This document shows positions 46,201-55,978 of a DNA stretch of 64,000 bases, one piece after another; position 1 is the stretch's first letter; each line of letters begins with the position of its first letter. The translations under genes were made by a program, and so were the position numbers. The notes under the pieces were generated by a model, which was given only the letters and a program-made list of their open reading frames with translations, ran no database searches and was not told the DNA's origin. The stretch comes from Burkholderiales bacterium. GTDB taxonomy: Bacteria; Pseudomonadota; Gammaproteobacteria; Burkholderiales; WYBJ01. Where the stretch lies: NCBI GenBank assembly GCA_022841915.1, contig JALHQN010000017.1, positions 32,377 through 96,376 of the forward strand, in the 5' to 3' direction.

Positions 46201-47445
46201 ATGAATTCGAGCATGATTGCAGGCAGTCGACCCGACCGCACCTTGTCATTGAACATGACACTGCTTTCGCACCACGAACTCGATGGGTTCGGGGGTGTGG
46301 GCGAGGGGGTTGCGATGCAGATCGCGCCCGACGGTCGGCGCATCATGTGGCTCGCGCACGAATCGGCGCCGAAGAACTTCAGTGCCGTCGATGTTTCCGA
46401 TCCCCGCAAGCCACGAATGATCGTGCAAACCGATTTGCCTCATGCGCAGATGCGCTCGAATTCGCTTGAGGTCGTCGGCAATATTCTCGCCGTTGCCTAC
46501 CAGACCACCAAGGTCGGACTGAAGCCCGCGGGCTTCGAACTGTTCGACATCAGCATCCCGGAGCAGCCCCGGTCCATCGTCCATTTCGATGCTTCGGGTC
46601 CGTACTCACGCGGGGCACACTGCCTGTGGTTCGTCGACGGCGAAACGATCCATATGGCCTGCGGTGCGGCGGACTTCCAGCCGCGCAATCCCAAGGACGA
46701 TCAGATCTACCGCATCGTCGATGTGCGAAACCTGTCCCGCCCCAGAGAGATCGGTCGTTGGTGGTATCCGGGCACGCGCGAAGGAGACGAGGTCGAGCCG
46801 CCGAAACGCATGCCGCAGTTCGATTCGGGCTACCGCATGCACAATGCCAACGTGTACCCCGAGCGGCCCGATCGTGCATACATCGGATACATCGACGGCG
46901 GAGCGATCATCCTGGACATCTCGGATAAATCGCAACCCAAGCTCGTGTCGAACTGGCGTTACGCACCGCCGTTCACGGGCTTCACGCACACGGTGATGCC
47001 GCTATTCGGCCCGGAGTTGCTGATCGTCAGCGACGAATGCACCAAGGACGACGGCGCTGACTGGCCGAAGCTGACCTGGGTCGTCGATAATCGCGACGAG
47101 ACCAACCCGGTGCCGATCTCCACTCTCCCGTTGCCGCCCGTAGAAGTCTTCGGCAAGCGAGGCGGCCGTTATGGATCGCACAATCTTCACGAGAATCCAC
47201 CGGTGGAAGCGGCTCAACGCTCCGATCACATCGTGTTGGCGACCTTCTTCAACGGCGGGGTGCGCGCCTATGATGTCTCCAATCCTTACCAGCCATCCGA
47301 AGTGGCGTATTTCGTGCCCGGAGCGCCCAGGATGTCTCCCAAGGGATCGATCCAAATCAACGATGTCTATTGGGACGACCGCGGCATCGTGTACTGCGTC
47401 GATCGCTTCTCCGGCGGGCTCTATACGTTGGAGATGAACCTCTGA
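46201..47445 (+). CDS. LVIVD-repeat beta-propeller protein
   Basis: Repeats VDVSDPRKP, FDISIPEQP, VDVRNLSRP, LDISDKSQP, YDVSNPYQP. Confidence 0.8.
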   Translation: MNSSMIAGSRPDRTLSLNMTLLSHHELDGFGGVGEGVAMQIAPDGRRIMWLAHESAPKNFSAVDVSDPRKPRMIVQTDLPHAQMRSNSLEVVGNILAVAYQTTKVGLKPAGFELFDISIPEQPRSIVHFDASGPYSRGAHCLWFVDGETIHMACGAADFQPRNPKDDQIYRIVDVRNLSRPREIGRWWYPGTREGDEVEPPKRMPQFDSGYRMHNANVYPERPDRAYIGYIDGGAIILDISDKSQPKLVSNWRYAPPFTGFTHTVMPLFGPELLIVSDECTKDDGADWPKLTWVVDNRDETNPVPISTLPLPPVEVFGKRGGRYGSHNLHENPPVEAAQRSDHIVLATFFNGGVRAYDVSNPYQPSEVAYFVPGAPRMSPKGSIQINDVYWDDRGIVYCVDRFSGGLYTLEMNL

Positions 47446-47449
47446 GGCG

Positions 47450-48535
47450 GTGATGAGTTCGGACCACTCGCAGCCGATACGGCCGACCGGTCGCGATCCG
47501 TTCGCGGGCCGCATTCCGATCAGCGTGATCACCGGGTTCCTGGGTAGCGGCAAGACGACGCTGTTGAAGAGGCTGCTGCGCCACCCGGGCATGGCGAACG
47601 CCGCGGTAATCGTCAACGAGTTCGGCGAAGAGGCGATCGACCACGAATTGTTGGAGACGTCTTCCGAGCGCATGGCCTTGCTGGACAACGGTTGTCTGTG
47701 CTGCACCGTTCGCTCCGATTTGCAGGAGTCCTTGCGCGATCTGTTGACCAAGCGTCTGCACGGGGAGGTGATACAGTTCGATCGCGTGTTCGTCGAGACC
47801 ACCGGGCTTGCCGATCCGGCGCCTGTCGTGCAAACCCTGGCAAGCGACGCACTGCTGGCCGACAAGTTCCGGCTCGATTGTGTCGTCACCCTCGTCGATG
47901 CGGTCAATGGGCTCGGGCAGCTGGATACCTTGAACGAGCCGATCAAGCAGGTGGCCATCGCGGACCGTTTGCTGATCAGCAAGACCGACCTCGCTAGTTC
48001 AGCGGCGTTGCTCGAACTGCGCGCGCAATTGACGGGCATCAATCCGCAGGCTCGGATCCTCGAAGTCGTCCACGGCGAGCTCGATCCTGCAGACTTGATC
48101 GACATCGGGCTCAACAGTCGACTAGCGACCGCCGAGAGCATCGCCCGATGGATCGGGCCGCTTGCGGCCGATGCGCCTGCGACCGGATCGTCGATCGGAT
48201 CCCAGACCACCCATACGAGAGACATCGTTTCGTTCTGCATCGGATTCGATCGGCCGTTGACGTGGGCGGCGTTCGAGACCTGCATGAGTGTTCTCACCTC
48301 GTTGCGCGGCGCCGATCTGCTGCGAGTCAAGGGGTTGCTCGAGGTGGAAGGCGAACCCGGCCCGGTCGTGGTGCAAGGCGTGCAGCACATCTTTCATCCG
48401 CCGGCGCGCCTGCCGGCCTGGAGCGGCACCGAACGGCGCTCGAGGCTGGTGTTCATCACACGAGGCGTGCAGCGTGAAGTGGTCGAGGATCTCTTTCGTG
48501 CGGTCGGGGCGCTGGGGGTCCCACATTCGCGCTAA
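47450..48535 (+). CDS. COG0523/CobW family metallochaperone GTPase
   Basis: GFLGSGKTT, NEFGE, GCLCC, ETTGLADP, SKTD, LRVKG. Confidence 0.92.
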   Translation: MMSSDHSQPIRPTGRDPFAGRIPISVITGFLGSGKTTLLKRLLRHPGMANAAVIVNEFGEEAIDHELLETSSERMALLDNGCLCCTVRSDLQESLRDLLTKRLHGEVIQFDRVFVETTGLADPAPVVQTLASDALLADKFRLDCVVTLVDAVNGLGQLDTLNEPIKQVAIADRLLISKTDLASSAALLELRAQLTGINPQARILEVVHGELDPADLIDIGLNSRLATAESIARWIGPLAADAPATGSSIGSQTTHTRDIVSFCIGFDRPLTWAAFETCMSVLTSLRGADLLRVKGLLEVEGEPGPVVVQGVQHIFHPPARLPAWSGTERRSRLVFITRGVQREVVEDLFRAVGALGVPHSR

Positions 48536-48664
48536 CCTGGCAGCATGTCCCGTGGAGTCGTCTGCTGGCCGCCCGGTCGGTCTTACGGCGGGCGGTCATC
48601 CCGGGCTACAATGACCGCTTGGCTCCGCGGCATCGACATCTGGTGATCAGGCAAGGACTAAGGC

Positions 48665-49855
48665 GTGACGAGCGAGTGGCAAAAACCCCGATCCGATATG
48701 CGTCCGGATACTCTCCTCGGCCATGCCGGGCGTTCTCCCGAGCGCTTCGACGGTGCCGTCAACGTGCCCGTCATTCGCGCTTCGACCGTATTGTTCCCCG
48801 ATGTGGACGCCCACGAGAATGGCGACAAATTCGACGGCGTGCGCTACGGGCGGCACGGGACGACCACGCGTTTCGCTCTGGAGGAAGCGCTGGCCCAAGT
48901 CGAAGGTGCCGCTCGCGTCAGCGCAGTCTCCTCCGGACTGGCGGCGATCGCCGTCTCTCTGCTCGCCTTCACTCGTACGAGTGACCATATACTGGTCGCA
49001 GACAACGTCTATGGCCCCACGCGCAGCTTTTGCATGTCGCGATTGCAGCGAAACGGGGTCGAGGTCGAGTACTATGATCCGGGCATGGGCGCCGAGATCG
49101 CGCGGCTCATACGCGCCAACACACGCCTGGTCTTCTGTGAATCGCCCGGTTCGCTGACTTTCGAGATGCAGGATATCCCCGCCATTTCGGCGGCCGCGCA
49201 CGCACGGGGCGTCCCGGTTCTCGCCGACAACACTTGGGCCACCCCCTATTTTTTTCGCCCCTTCGAGAAGGGCATTGACGTATCCATCCATTCGGCCACC
49301 AAGTACATCGTCGGCCACGCGGACGTGATCATGGGCACGATAGGCGCGACCGAGGAGCATTGGCGCACGATCCGTCAAACGGCGGCCGACTACGGCTATA
49401 CCGCGAGTCCGGACGATTGCTACCTTGCCTTGCGTGGCCTGCGAACCCTTGCACCGCGCTTGCGCCAGCAAATGCAAAACGCACTTCAGGTAGCACGCTG
49501 GCTGCAGCAGCGTCCCGAAGTGGCACGTGTGCTGTATCCGGCACTCGAGAGCGATCCCGGCTACGCGTTGTGGAAGCGCGACATGTCCGGTGCAGCCTCC
49601 TTGTTCGGAGTCGAGCTTCGACCGGCGTCGGTGACGGCCGTGAAGGCCGCGCTGAACTCCCTGCGATACTTCGGTCACGGCGCGAGTTGGGGCGGTTTCG
49701 AGAGCCTGGTCACGTTTCCGAAACCCGAACGCGTGCGCACGGCGACCGAGTGGCGCAGCGGACCGTTGCTTCGCCTGCATGTCGGGCTGGAAGATCCCGC
49801 CGATCTGATCTCCGATCTGGCGTCGGCGTTCGAAGTCTTGAAGGCGTCGCCCTGA
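48665..49855 (+). CDS. metC: cystathionine beta-lyase
   Basis: RASTVLF, YGRHGT, ESPGSLTFE, DNTWATP, SATKYIVGH, SWGGFESL. Confidence 0.88.
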   Translation: MTSEWQKPRSDMRPDTLLGHAGRSPERFDGAVNVPVIRASTVLFPDVDAHENGDKFDGVRYGRHGTTTRFALEEALAQVEGAARVSAVSSGLAAIAVSLLAFTRTSDHILVADNVYGPTRSFCMSRLQRNGVEVEYYDPGMGAEIARLIRANTRLVFCESPGSLTFEMQDIPAISAAAHARGVPVLADNTWATPYFFRPFEKGIDVSIHSATKYIVGHADVIMGTIGATEEHWRTIRQTAADYGYTASPDDCYLALRGLRTLAPRLRQQMQNALQVARWLQQRPEVARVLYPALESDPGYALWKRDMSGAASLFGVELRPASVTAVKAALNSLRYFGHGASWGGFESLVTFPKPERVRTATEWRSGPLLRLHVGLEDPADLISDLASAFEVLKASP

Positions 49856-50100
49856 CGGAGTGTCGATGGGGTCTCAGTGCCGCCGAAGCGTGCGCCGGCG
49901 CTAGATGCAGCAGAGGCATCCGCGCCGCATGGGATCGCGGTTCGGTGCAGGTATTCGGAGATCATGGCGTGTATGATCGAGGGTGTGTACGAGTGCTCGA
50001 TGGCGGACGATTTCTGTCCCGGGGATACCTTTCGAACGGGGCAGGGCAGTCGCTCAGAAGCCGCAAAGAACATCAATAGTCAGCCAATCAAGGAGGACAC

Positions 50101-50904
50101 GTGTATTCAGTCAATTATGTGCGGGCGAAGTCGCTCAAGCATGCCGCCGAGGTGCTGGCACAGAATCCGGAAGCCAAGTTGCTCGCTGGCGGCATGACGT
50201 TGATCGCCACGCTCAAACAGCGCCTTGCCCAGCCCTCGCACTTGGTCGATATCGCTGGCATCGGGGCATTGCGCACCATTCGACTCAGCAAAGACAAATT
50301 GTCAATCGGGGCCGGCGCGCGGCATTACGAGGTCGCTACTTCACAAGTCGTACGTGACGCGATCCCGGCGCTGGCCTACCTCGCAAGCCAGATCGGCGAT
50401 CCTCAAGTGCGGAACATGGGCACGATCGGAGGTTCACTCGCGAACAACGATCCCAACGCCGACTACCCGGCGGCGGCACTCGGGCTCAACGCAACCATCG
50501 TCACGAATCGGCGGCGCATCAAGGCGAGCGACTACTTTCAGGGCATGTTCGCTACGGCCCTCGAAGAGGGTGAGATCATTACTCGCATTTCCTTTCCGTT
50601 GCCCAAGAAAGCCGCCTACGAGAAGTTTCCGCACCCCGCTTCAGGCTACGCCATGACAGGCGTGTTCGTGGCCGTGACCGGTCGCGGCGTACGGGTCGCT
50701 GTGACGGGGGCAGGGCAAGGCGTGTTCCGTTGGACGCAAGCGGAGCGCGCACTCGGCAAGAATCTGACGCCCGAGGCCATCGCCAAGCTGAAGGTCGATG
50801 CCGAGGAGATGAACGAAGACATGCATGCATCACGCGAGTACCGCGCCAATCTGGTGAACGTCATCACGCGACGCGCAGTCGCGAAGCTCGCCTCGGCCGG
50901 CTAG
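50101..50904 (+). CDS. coxM: CoxM/xanthine dehydrogenase family FAD subunit
   Basis: [29 protein letters not shown]; AAGGAGG RBS with GTG start. Confidence 0.85.
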   Translation: MYSVNYVRAKSLKHAAEVLAQNPEAKLLAGGMTLIATLKQRLAQPSHLVDIAGIGALRTIRLSKDKLSIGAGARHYEVATSQVVRDAIPALAYLASQIGDPQVRNMGTIGGSLANNDPNADYPAAALGLNATIVTNRRRIKASDYFQGMFATALEEGEIITRISFPLPKKAAYEKFPHPASGYAMTGVFVAVTGRGVRVAVTGAGQGVFRWTQAERALGKNLTPEAIAKLKVDAEEMNEDMHASREYRANLVNVITRRAVAKLASAG

Positions 50905-50930
50905 GGCACACATTTAAACGGGATCCACTC

Positions 50931-51404
50931 ATGGCAAAAATCAAACTGACCGTCAACGGCGTCAAGCACACCCGCGAAGTCGAAGACCGGACGTTGCTGG
51001 CGAATCTGCTCAGGGACGAATTGAAGCTCACAGGCACGCATATCGGCTGCGATACGACGCAGTGCGGATGCTGCACCGTTCACATGAACGGACGCGCCGT
51101 CAAATCCTGCACCATTCTGGCGGCACAGGCCGATGGTGCGGATATCGTCACCATCGAAGGACTGGCTAAGGATGGCGTGCTGCACCCGGTGCAGCAGGCG
51201 TTCACCGATTGCCATGCGCTGCAATGCGGCTTCTGCACGCCGGGCATGATCATGGCCGTCGCCGGGCTGCTCAAGGACAATCCCAATCCCAGCGAAGAGG
51301 AGATCTACCACGGGCTCGAAGGCAATTTGTGCCGATGCACCGGGTACATCAATATCGTCAAGGCCGTAAAGCAGGCCGCCGGGCAAACCGAAGAGGCTCA
51401 TTGA
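50931..51404 (+). CDS. coxS: CoxS family 2x[2Fe-2S] subunit
   Basis: [29 protein letters not shown]. Confidence 0.88.
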   Translation: MAKIKLTVNGVKHTREVEDRTLLANLLRDELKLTGTHIGCDTTQCGCCTVHMNGRAVKSCTILAAQADGADIVTIEGLAKDGVLHPVQQAFTDCHALQCGFCTPGMIMAVAGLLKDNPNPSEEEIYHGLEGNLCRCTGYINIVKAVKQAAGQTEEAH

Positions 51405-51439
51405 GCCGTTCGCTTGCCGGGACGCGCCTCGCTGCAACC

Positions 51440-51469
51440 AACGCCGACTTTCCGAGGTCGGCGTTTTTT
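51440..51469 (+). terminator. intrinsic terminator after coxS
   Basis: AACGCCGACTT-TCCG-AGGTCGGCGTT followed by TTTT. Confidence 0.8.
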
Positions 51470-51614
51470 GCGTCTGGGCTAACTGGGATTGCGGGCAGCT
51501 TGTGGCGTGCCGAGGCCGTTGGCATTCCTCTTTTCGTCGACGCGAACTGAAGAGCGTGATGGCCTCGAGCACTCACTGGCTGCTCGTGTCGAGCGCCGAC
51601 CTCATGTGCCCGAC

Positions 51615-53273
51615 TCAACGCATGCGGTTACCGCGGGCGAGGGTGCTGAAACCGATCTCCCCACCCTCTAGGTGAAATACCCCACGGCCGCTGTCTTCGT
51701 TCACGAAGACGGACCGGCGCCCCATGACGATCGTGACCCCGGCGGCGACAGCCTCTCCGACCACCACCTTCGCGTGTTCGGCGAGTTTTCCTTCCGCCTC
51801 GATGACACGTTCGTCTTCCAATTCCTCGGCGATATCTTCTGAGAGCTTCTTCAGCGTCAGGCGAGCCTTATCGTAGAGGTCCCGCTTTTCGGGATGGCCT
51901 TGGAGGAGTCTGACGATCTTGGTGACATCGTCATGCTGTTTGAGCAGGTGTTCCCGACGCTTGCGGTGCTCTTCCATCGCTCGCAGCAGCAAGGGATTGA
52001 TGCCGGCCATTACCCTTGTGGCGCCGGCGCCATCGCCTCCCAGGTAGTCTGCCGTTACCAATCCTGTCGCGCGCACCAGGCCTCCGAGAATTCGGCCTTT
52101 GTGTCCCTGCCCGCCGACGACCACCTGATCGAGCGCGGTCACCTCCGACTGCACGATGGATTCGGTCACGTGCACGGTCTGCTGAGCTTCGACGACGGCG
52201 TTCTCGATGTACCGTGCATAGACGCTTCCGTGCGCACTCACCCGAGCGGTGTTGCATTGACCGATCGGCTGCTGCGCCGAGTGTTGGGGGCAGGCGTGAC
52301 CGATGATGCCCCCTTGAACTCGAATGTCTCCCCCCGCACATACCTCGGCGGATTCGATCACGCCTTGCACGGTGATGTCGCCGCCGGCATTGACCTTCAT
52401 GCCGGTGCGTATGTCGCCTCTGACCACCAGGCTACCCGGAAAGTCGACGTTGCCTGCGGCGATATCGATCGCGTCGTAGTGCAAAATCGGCTCGACCGTG
52501 ATCCCATCTTGGTGCAGCAGCGGTTGGCCGGCGATCTCCGCCACGAGCAGATCCGGGTCGTCCGGACTGCTCACGACGCCTTGCAAGCGCACTGCGAACT
52601 GAGCATCCCGGCCGACTGACGCCGGAATGCTCCCGCCCAGCACGTTGCGTCCCGGTGTGCCCGGTTCAGGAGGGTGACGTCGCATGACAGGGTCTCCGGC
52701 TTGCACGGCGGGGATCGCGCCCAGATCGTGCAGATCGACGTGCCCTGTTGCATCGATATGCGGATGCCGCTGGCGGTTCACTTCCACCAGCGGCTGCAAA
52801 ACAGCATCTGTGCCGTGGATAGGCGCGATTCCACGTGCCACTTCCTTGCGTTGTCCACATTCGGCTAGCGCTGCTTCTACGGCCCCTGCGTCCACGCCTT
52901 CACGCACTTCGCAGTTCGCCAGCGCCGCAACGGCATCATGTGCGTTCTGGCGCTTTCCGCCGTGAGCGCCCGTGACCGTGAGCCAAGCGGTCATTTTGTC
53001 TGCGCTGATCTCGACCTTGTACTGGGCGTCGATGCGTGCAGCCACCGCTGTGTCGGGGTCCAATCCTGCGTTCATCGCACGCGCGACGCTTTCCAGTGCA
53101 TCGGGATCGAACAGCCAATCGCCGTATCCCTGGGCTGCGGCCGAGCGGCGGATGTCGGCGGCATCGAGAGCGATCGGACGGTGCGTCGTCGTCTCATGCC
53201 GAACCGACAAACGATTGCCTTCTGCAACGAAACCGATGTCTCGGGCCTGCATGTCTGCTCCACTGCTCGACAT
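51615..53273 (-). CDS. FapA/DUF342 family protein
   Basis: ISADKMTAWL, VARG..P..G.D, GNVDFPGSLVVRGDI, beta-helix repeats, coiled coil. Confidence 0.8.
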   Translation of the reverse strand: MSSSGADMQARDIGFVAEGNRLSVRHETTTHRPIALDAADIRRSAAAQGYGDWLFDPDALESVARAMNAGLDPDTAVAARIDAQYKVEISADKMTAWLTVTGAHGGKRQNAHDAVAALANCEVREGVDAGAVEAALAECGQRKEVARGIAPIHGTDAVLQPLVEVNRQRHPHIDATGHVDLHDLGAIPAVQAGDPVMRRHPPEPGTPGRNVLGGSIPASVGRDAQFAVRLQGVVSSPDDPDLLVAEIAGQPLLHQDGITVEPILHYDAIDIAAGNVDFPGSLVVRGDIRTGMKVNAGGDITVQGVIESAEVCAGGDIRVQGGIIGHACPQHSAQQPIGQCNTARVSAHGSVYARYIENAVVEAQQTVHVTESIVQSEVTALDQVVVGGQGHKGRILGGLVRATGLVTADYLGGDGAGATRVMAGINPLLLRAMEEHRKRREHLLKQHDDVTKIVRLLQGHPEKRDLYDKARLTLKKLSEDIAEELEDERVIEAEGKLAEHAKVVVGEAVAAGVTIVMGRRSVFVNEDSGRGVFHLEGGEIGFSTLARGNRMR

Positions 53274-53390
53274 CGTCTCCGACGCCTGTGAGGCAGCAAT
53301 GCTCGCATGCTTCGAGGCTCGTGCAAGCAGGGTATAGGGATGCGAATGCCCGGCAATTCTCGATACCGGCGTAACGCCGAGCGCGCCTGA

Positions 53391-54395
53391 TCAGGCGTCG
53401 ATGGCCTCGAGTACCGCCGCGACACGTACCGCTGCTTGTTCGTTTCCTTGACGTGGCAAGGCATCGAAATCGCCTCGCAGCGCCTTGACTGCATACCGCT
53501 CGCGGGCAATCTCATGTGCAGTCCGCACGCCCAGGCGGCGGAAGACAGGGATGGGTGGGCACCAGCCCTGAACAGCATGCTGCCCGAGGAAAGCGAAGAC
53601 CGCGGCTGGCAACAGCAGGAATCTGCGGGACACCGAGATCCCAAGGAAGAGCCCAGTCCCGGCGATGATCGAGGCGTTCAGCTGCAGCACACGCTCGATA
53701 TCCCATTCGCGATCCAGTTCGTCGATGCGTCGAGCCGCTCGAGCGCTCTCGGCGTGGGCGAATTCGGCGAGCCGTGCATCCGTCTTTGCGCGAATCGCGG
53801 CATTGACGGCCGGGCCGGTATGCTCTTCGACGCGCGTCGTGGTCGGGGGAATGTGCAGCATCGAGGCAACCTGTCGCCAGCTCGGGACCGCTTGCGATCG
53901 CTCATCGAGATCTTCCTGATCCTCTTGGACGAGGCCCCTCCGAGCAGACGAGGTGCCGGTGGCCGTGCTGTATTCCACGGCGCTCTGCGATCCAGCGTTG
54001 ACCACGCCGAAGTCGCCTCGCAGCGCCTTGACCGCATAGCGCTCCCGCGCGATTTCGCGTGCGCTGCGAACTCCCAGTCGCCGGAACAAGCCCAGTAACG
54101 GGTACCAGCCGGTCAGAGCGTGCGTCAACAAGGAGCCGGCGACCATTGCGGGCAGGGCGAGGAATCCTCGGTGTACGAACACTCCCAATGCCAGTCCTAA
54201 GAGCCCGGTTGCAGAGGCTTCTGTTTCGATTGTGCGATCAGTGTCCCATTCATAAGCGAGGTTTCGCAGCTTGTTTTCTGAGTAGGCCGGATTGTTCGAC
54301 GCACATGCGTACAGGTTCGTACGCGTGTCGTCATCGATCCGCTGCCGCACCGAGGCGGCGGTATGGCGCTGCACACGATCGAGCTGCTGTTTCAT
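53391..54395 (-). CDS. membrane protein with two tandem DUF2892-like (YgaP-type) domains
   Basis: Two copies of EWD.(D/E)R...H A..GW.P...FRRLGVR(S/T)A.EIARERYAVKALRGDF. Confidence 0.75.
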   Translation of the reverse strand: MKQQLDRVQRHTAASVRQRIDDDTRTNLYACASNNPAYSENKLRNLAYEWDTDRTIETEASATGLLGLALGVFVHRGFLALPAMVAGSLLTHALTGWYPLLGLFRRLGVRSAREIARERYAVKALRGDFGVVNAGSQSAVEYSTATGTSSARRGLVQEDQEDLDERSQAVPSWRQVASMLHIPPTTTRVEEHTGPAVNAAIRAKTDARLAEFAHAESARAARRIDELDREWDIERVLQLNASIIAGTGLFLGISVSRRFLLLPAAVFAFLGQHAVQGWCPPIPVFRRLGVRTAHEIARERYAVKALRGDFDALPRQGNEQAAVRVAAVLEAIDA

Positions 54396-54663
54396 GGGAA
54401 CCTCTGCGTTGCGGGTGGGCGCGATGGGACGTGCAAACCGCGCGCCCGCTGCGACATGCGGGATCCCCGCTGATCCATCGCCAAGCGCCACCGGGTCGGC
54501 ATCCGGACGGCGATTCAGATCATGCTGCACCGCGGGACATGCGCCTCCGGGGCGGTCCAATCCGTGGGACGTTCCCTCTTGTCAGTCCGCGAGGCGCCGA
54601 ATCGAGCGTTGCCTCCTGCAAGCAGGAATTGACGTTCGCGCGTCGAGCGCCTAGGCTTCGCGC

Positions 54664-55542
54664 ATGGACATACGATTTCGTGGACTACATCCCTTGTTCG
54701 CCGCCGAAGTAGAGGGCGTCGATCTCAGGGCAGCCGAGTCGTGCGATATCCTCGAGCGGGTACGCGCCGGCATGGACCAATATGCGGTCCTCGTGTTTCG
54801 GGGGCAGCCACTGACCGATGCCGATCAGCTCGCTTTTGCGCAGCGCCTCGACGGTACGCTCCATAGCAAGACAGGCATCAGCGCGTTGCAGAAGAGTCGC
54901 TTGGGTAACGAGGCGCTCACGGACATCTCGAACGTCACGGACACCGGCGATATCATGGCGCGGGAAGACAGGCGGCGGGCCTACAGCTTGGCCAACCGCT
55001 TGTGGCATGCCGATGCGACTTTTCAGGATCCGCCAGGGCGTTACTCGATGCTGCACGCGCGAGTCGTGCCTCCAGCCGGCGCCGATACGGAATTCGCCGA
55101 TGAGCGAGCGGCCTACGATGAGCTTCCCGAAGTCGTCAAGACGCAGATCGACGGCCTGCAGGCGCATCATTCGATTGCTTACTCACGCCAAACGCTCGGT
55201 TTCGAGTTCTCGGAGGACGAGAAAGAGCAGCTCAAGGGAGCGATACATCCCCTCGTACGCACCATGCCTCGGACCGGCCGAAAGACGCTTTACCTCGCTT
55301 CGCATGCTTTTCGCATCATCGGTTGGCCGGTGCCGGATGCACGTCTGCTGCTGCGAGATCTCATGGAGCACGCAACCCAGCGCAAGTTCGTGTATCGGCA
55401 TGCCTGGCAAGTCGGGGATCTCGTCATATGGGACAACCGCTGCACCATGCATCGTGCCACTCCGTTCGAGGATGCTCGCTTCAAGCGCGAACTGCGTCGA
55501 GTGACGACGCTGGATATCGATCGGGTAGCGGTCGCTGGCTGA
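54664..55542 (+). CDS. TauD/TfdA family Fe(II)/2-oxoglutarate dioxygenase (TfdA-like)
   Basis: DISN, WHADATF (HxD), TEFAD, HSIAYSR, WDNRCTMHR. Confidence 0.88.
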   Translation: MDIRFRGLHPLFAAEVEGVDLRAAESCDILERVRAGMDQYAVLVFRGQPLTDADQLAFAQRLDGTLHSKTGISALQKSRLGNEALTDISNVTDTGDIMAREDRRRAYSLANRLWHADATFQDPPGRYSMLHARVVPPAGADTEFADERAAYDELPEVVKTQIDGLQAHHSIAYSRQTLGFEFSEDEKEQLKGAIHPLVRTMPRTGRKTLYLASHAFRIIGWPVPDARLLLRDLMEHATQRKFVYRHAWQVGDLVIWDNRCTMHRATPFEDARFKRELRRVTTLDIDRVAVAG

Positions 55543-55627
55543 TCTTCGAAAAGAGGTCAGCCTGCAGCCCTTGGCGGGGAAGACGGCAGGCCATGCCGGC
55601 TGATGCAGGACAGCCGGCATTTCGAGC

Positions 55628-55978
55628 CTACCGGCTCAACACCTGCTCGTAGCGAGCTGGATCGAAGCCCACCAAGAGTTTCTTCTTGCCCGCCTCGATC
55701 ACGGGGCGCTTGATGACACTGGGGAACTCGGCCATGAGCACCGCAGCCTTGGCGGCGTCCAAGTTTTGCTGGCGCTGCGGGGGCAGCTGGCGAAACGTGG
55801 TGCCTTTGGCGTTGACCAAGGTCTCCCAGCCCACTTCCTCGATCCAAGCGTGGATGCGCTCTGCCGGAGCGCCGAGTTTCTTGTAGTCGTGCAACTGGTA
55901 CTCGATGCCTTTGCCTTCGAGCCACGCGAAGGCCTTTTTCATGCTTGTTCAGTTGCGGATGCCGTAGACGGTGATCAT
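55628..55978 (-). CDS. YffB/ArsC(Spx)-family thioredoxin-fold protein, probably containing selenocysteine (UGA at codon 10)
   Basis: ATG 55978 with AGAGG RBS reads MITVYGIRN-TGA-TSMKKAFAWL...HDYKK..N.KGTTFR..PSVIKRPV; downstream hairpin 55913-55933. Confidence 0.8.
55913..55933 (-). promoter_or_regulatory. candidate bacterial SECIS element
   Basis: GCCUUCG-CGUGGCU-CGAAGGC stem-loop starting 15 nt after the UGA, with G-U at loop positions 2-3. Confidence 0.6.
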
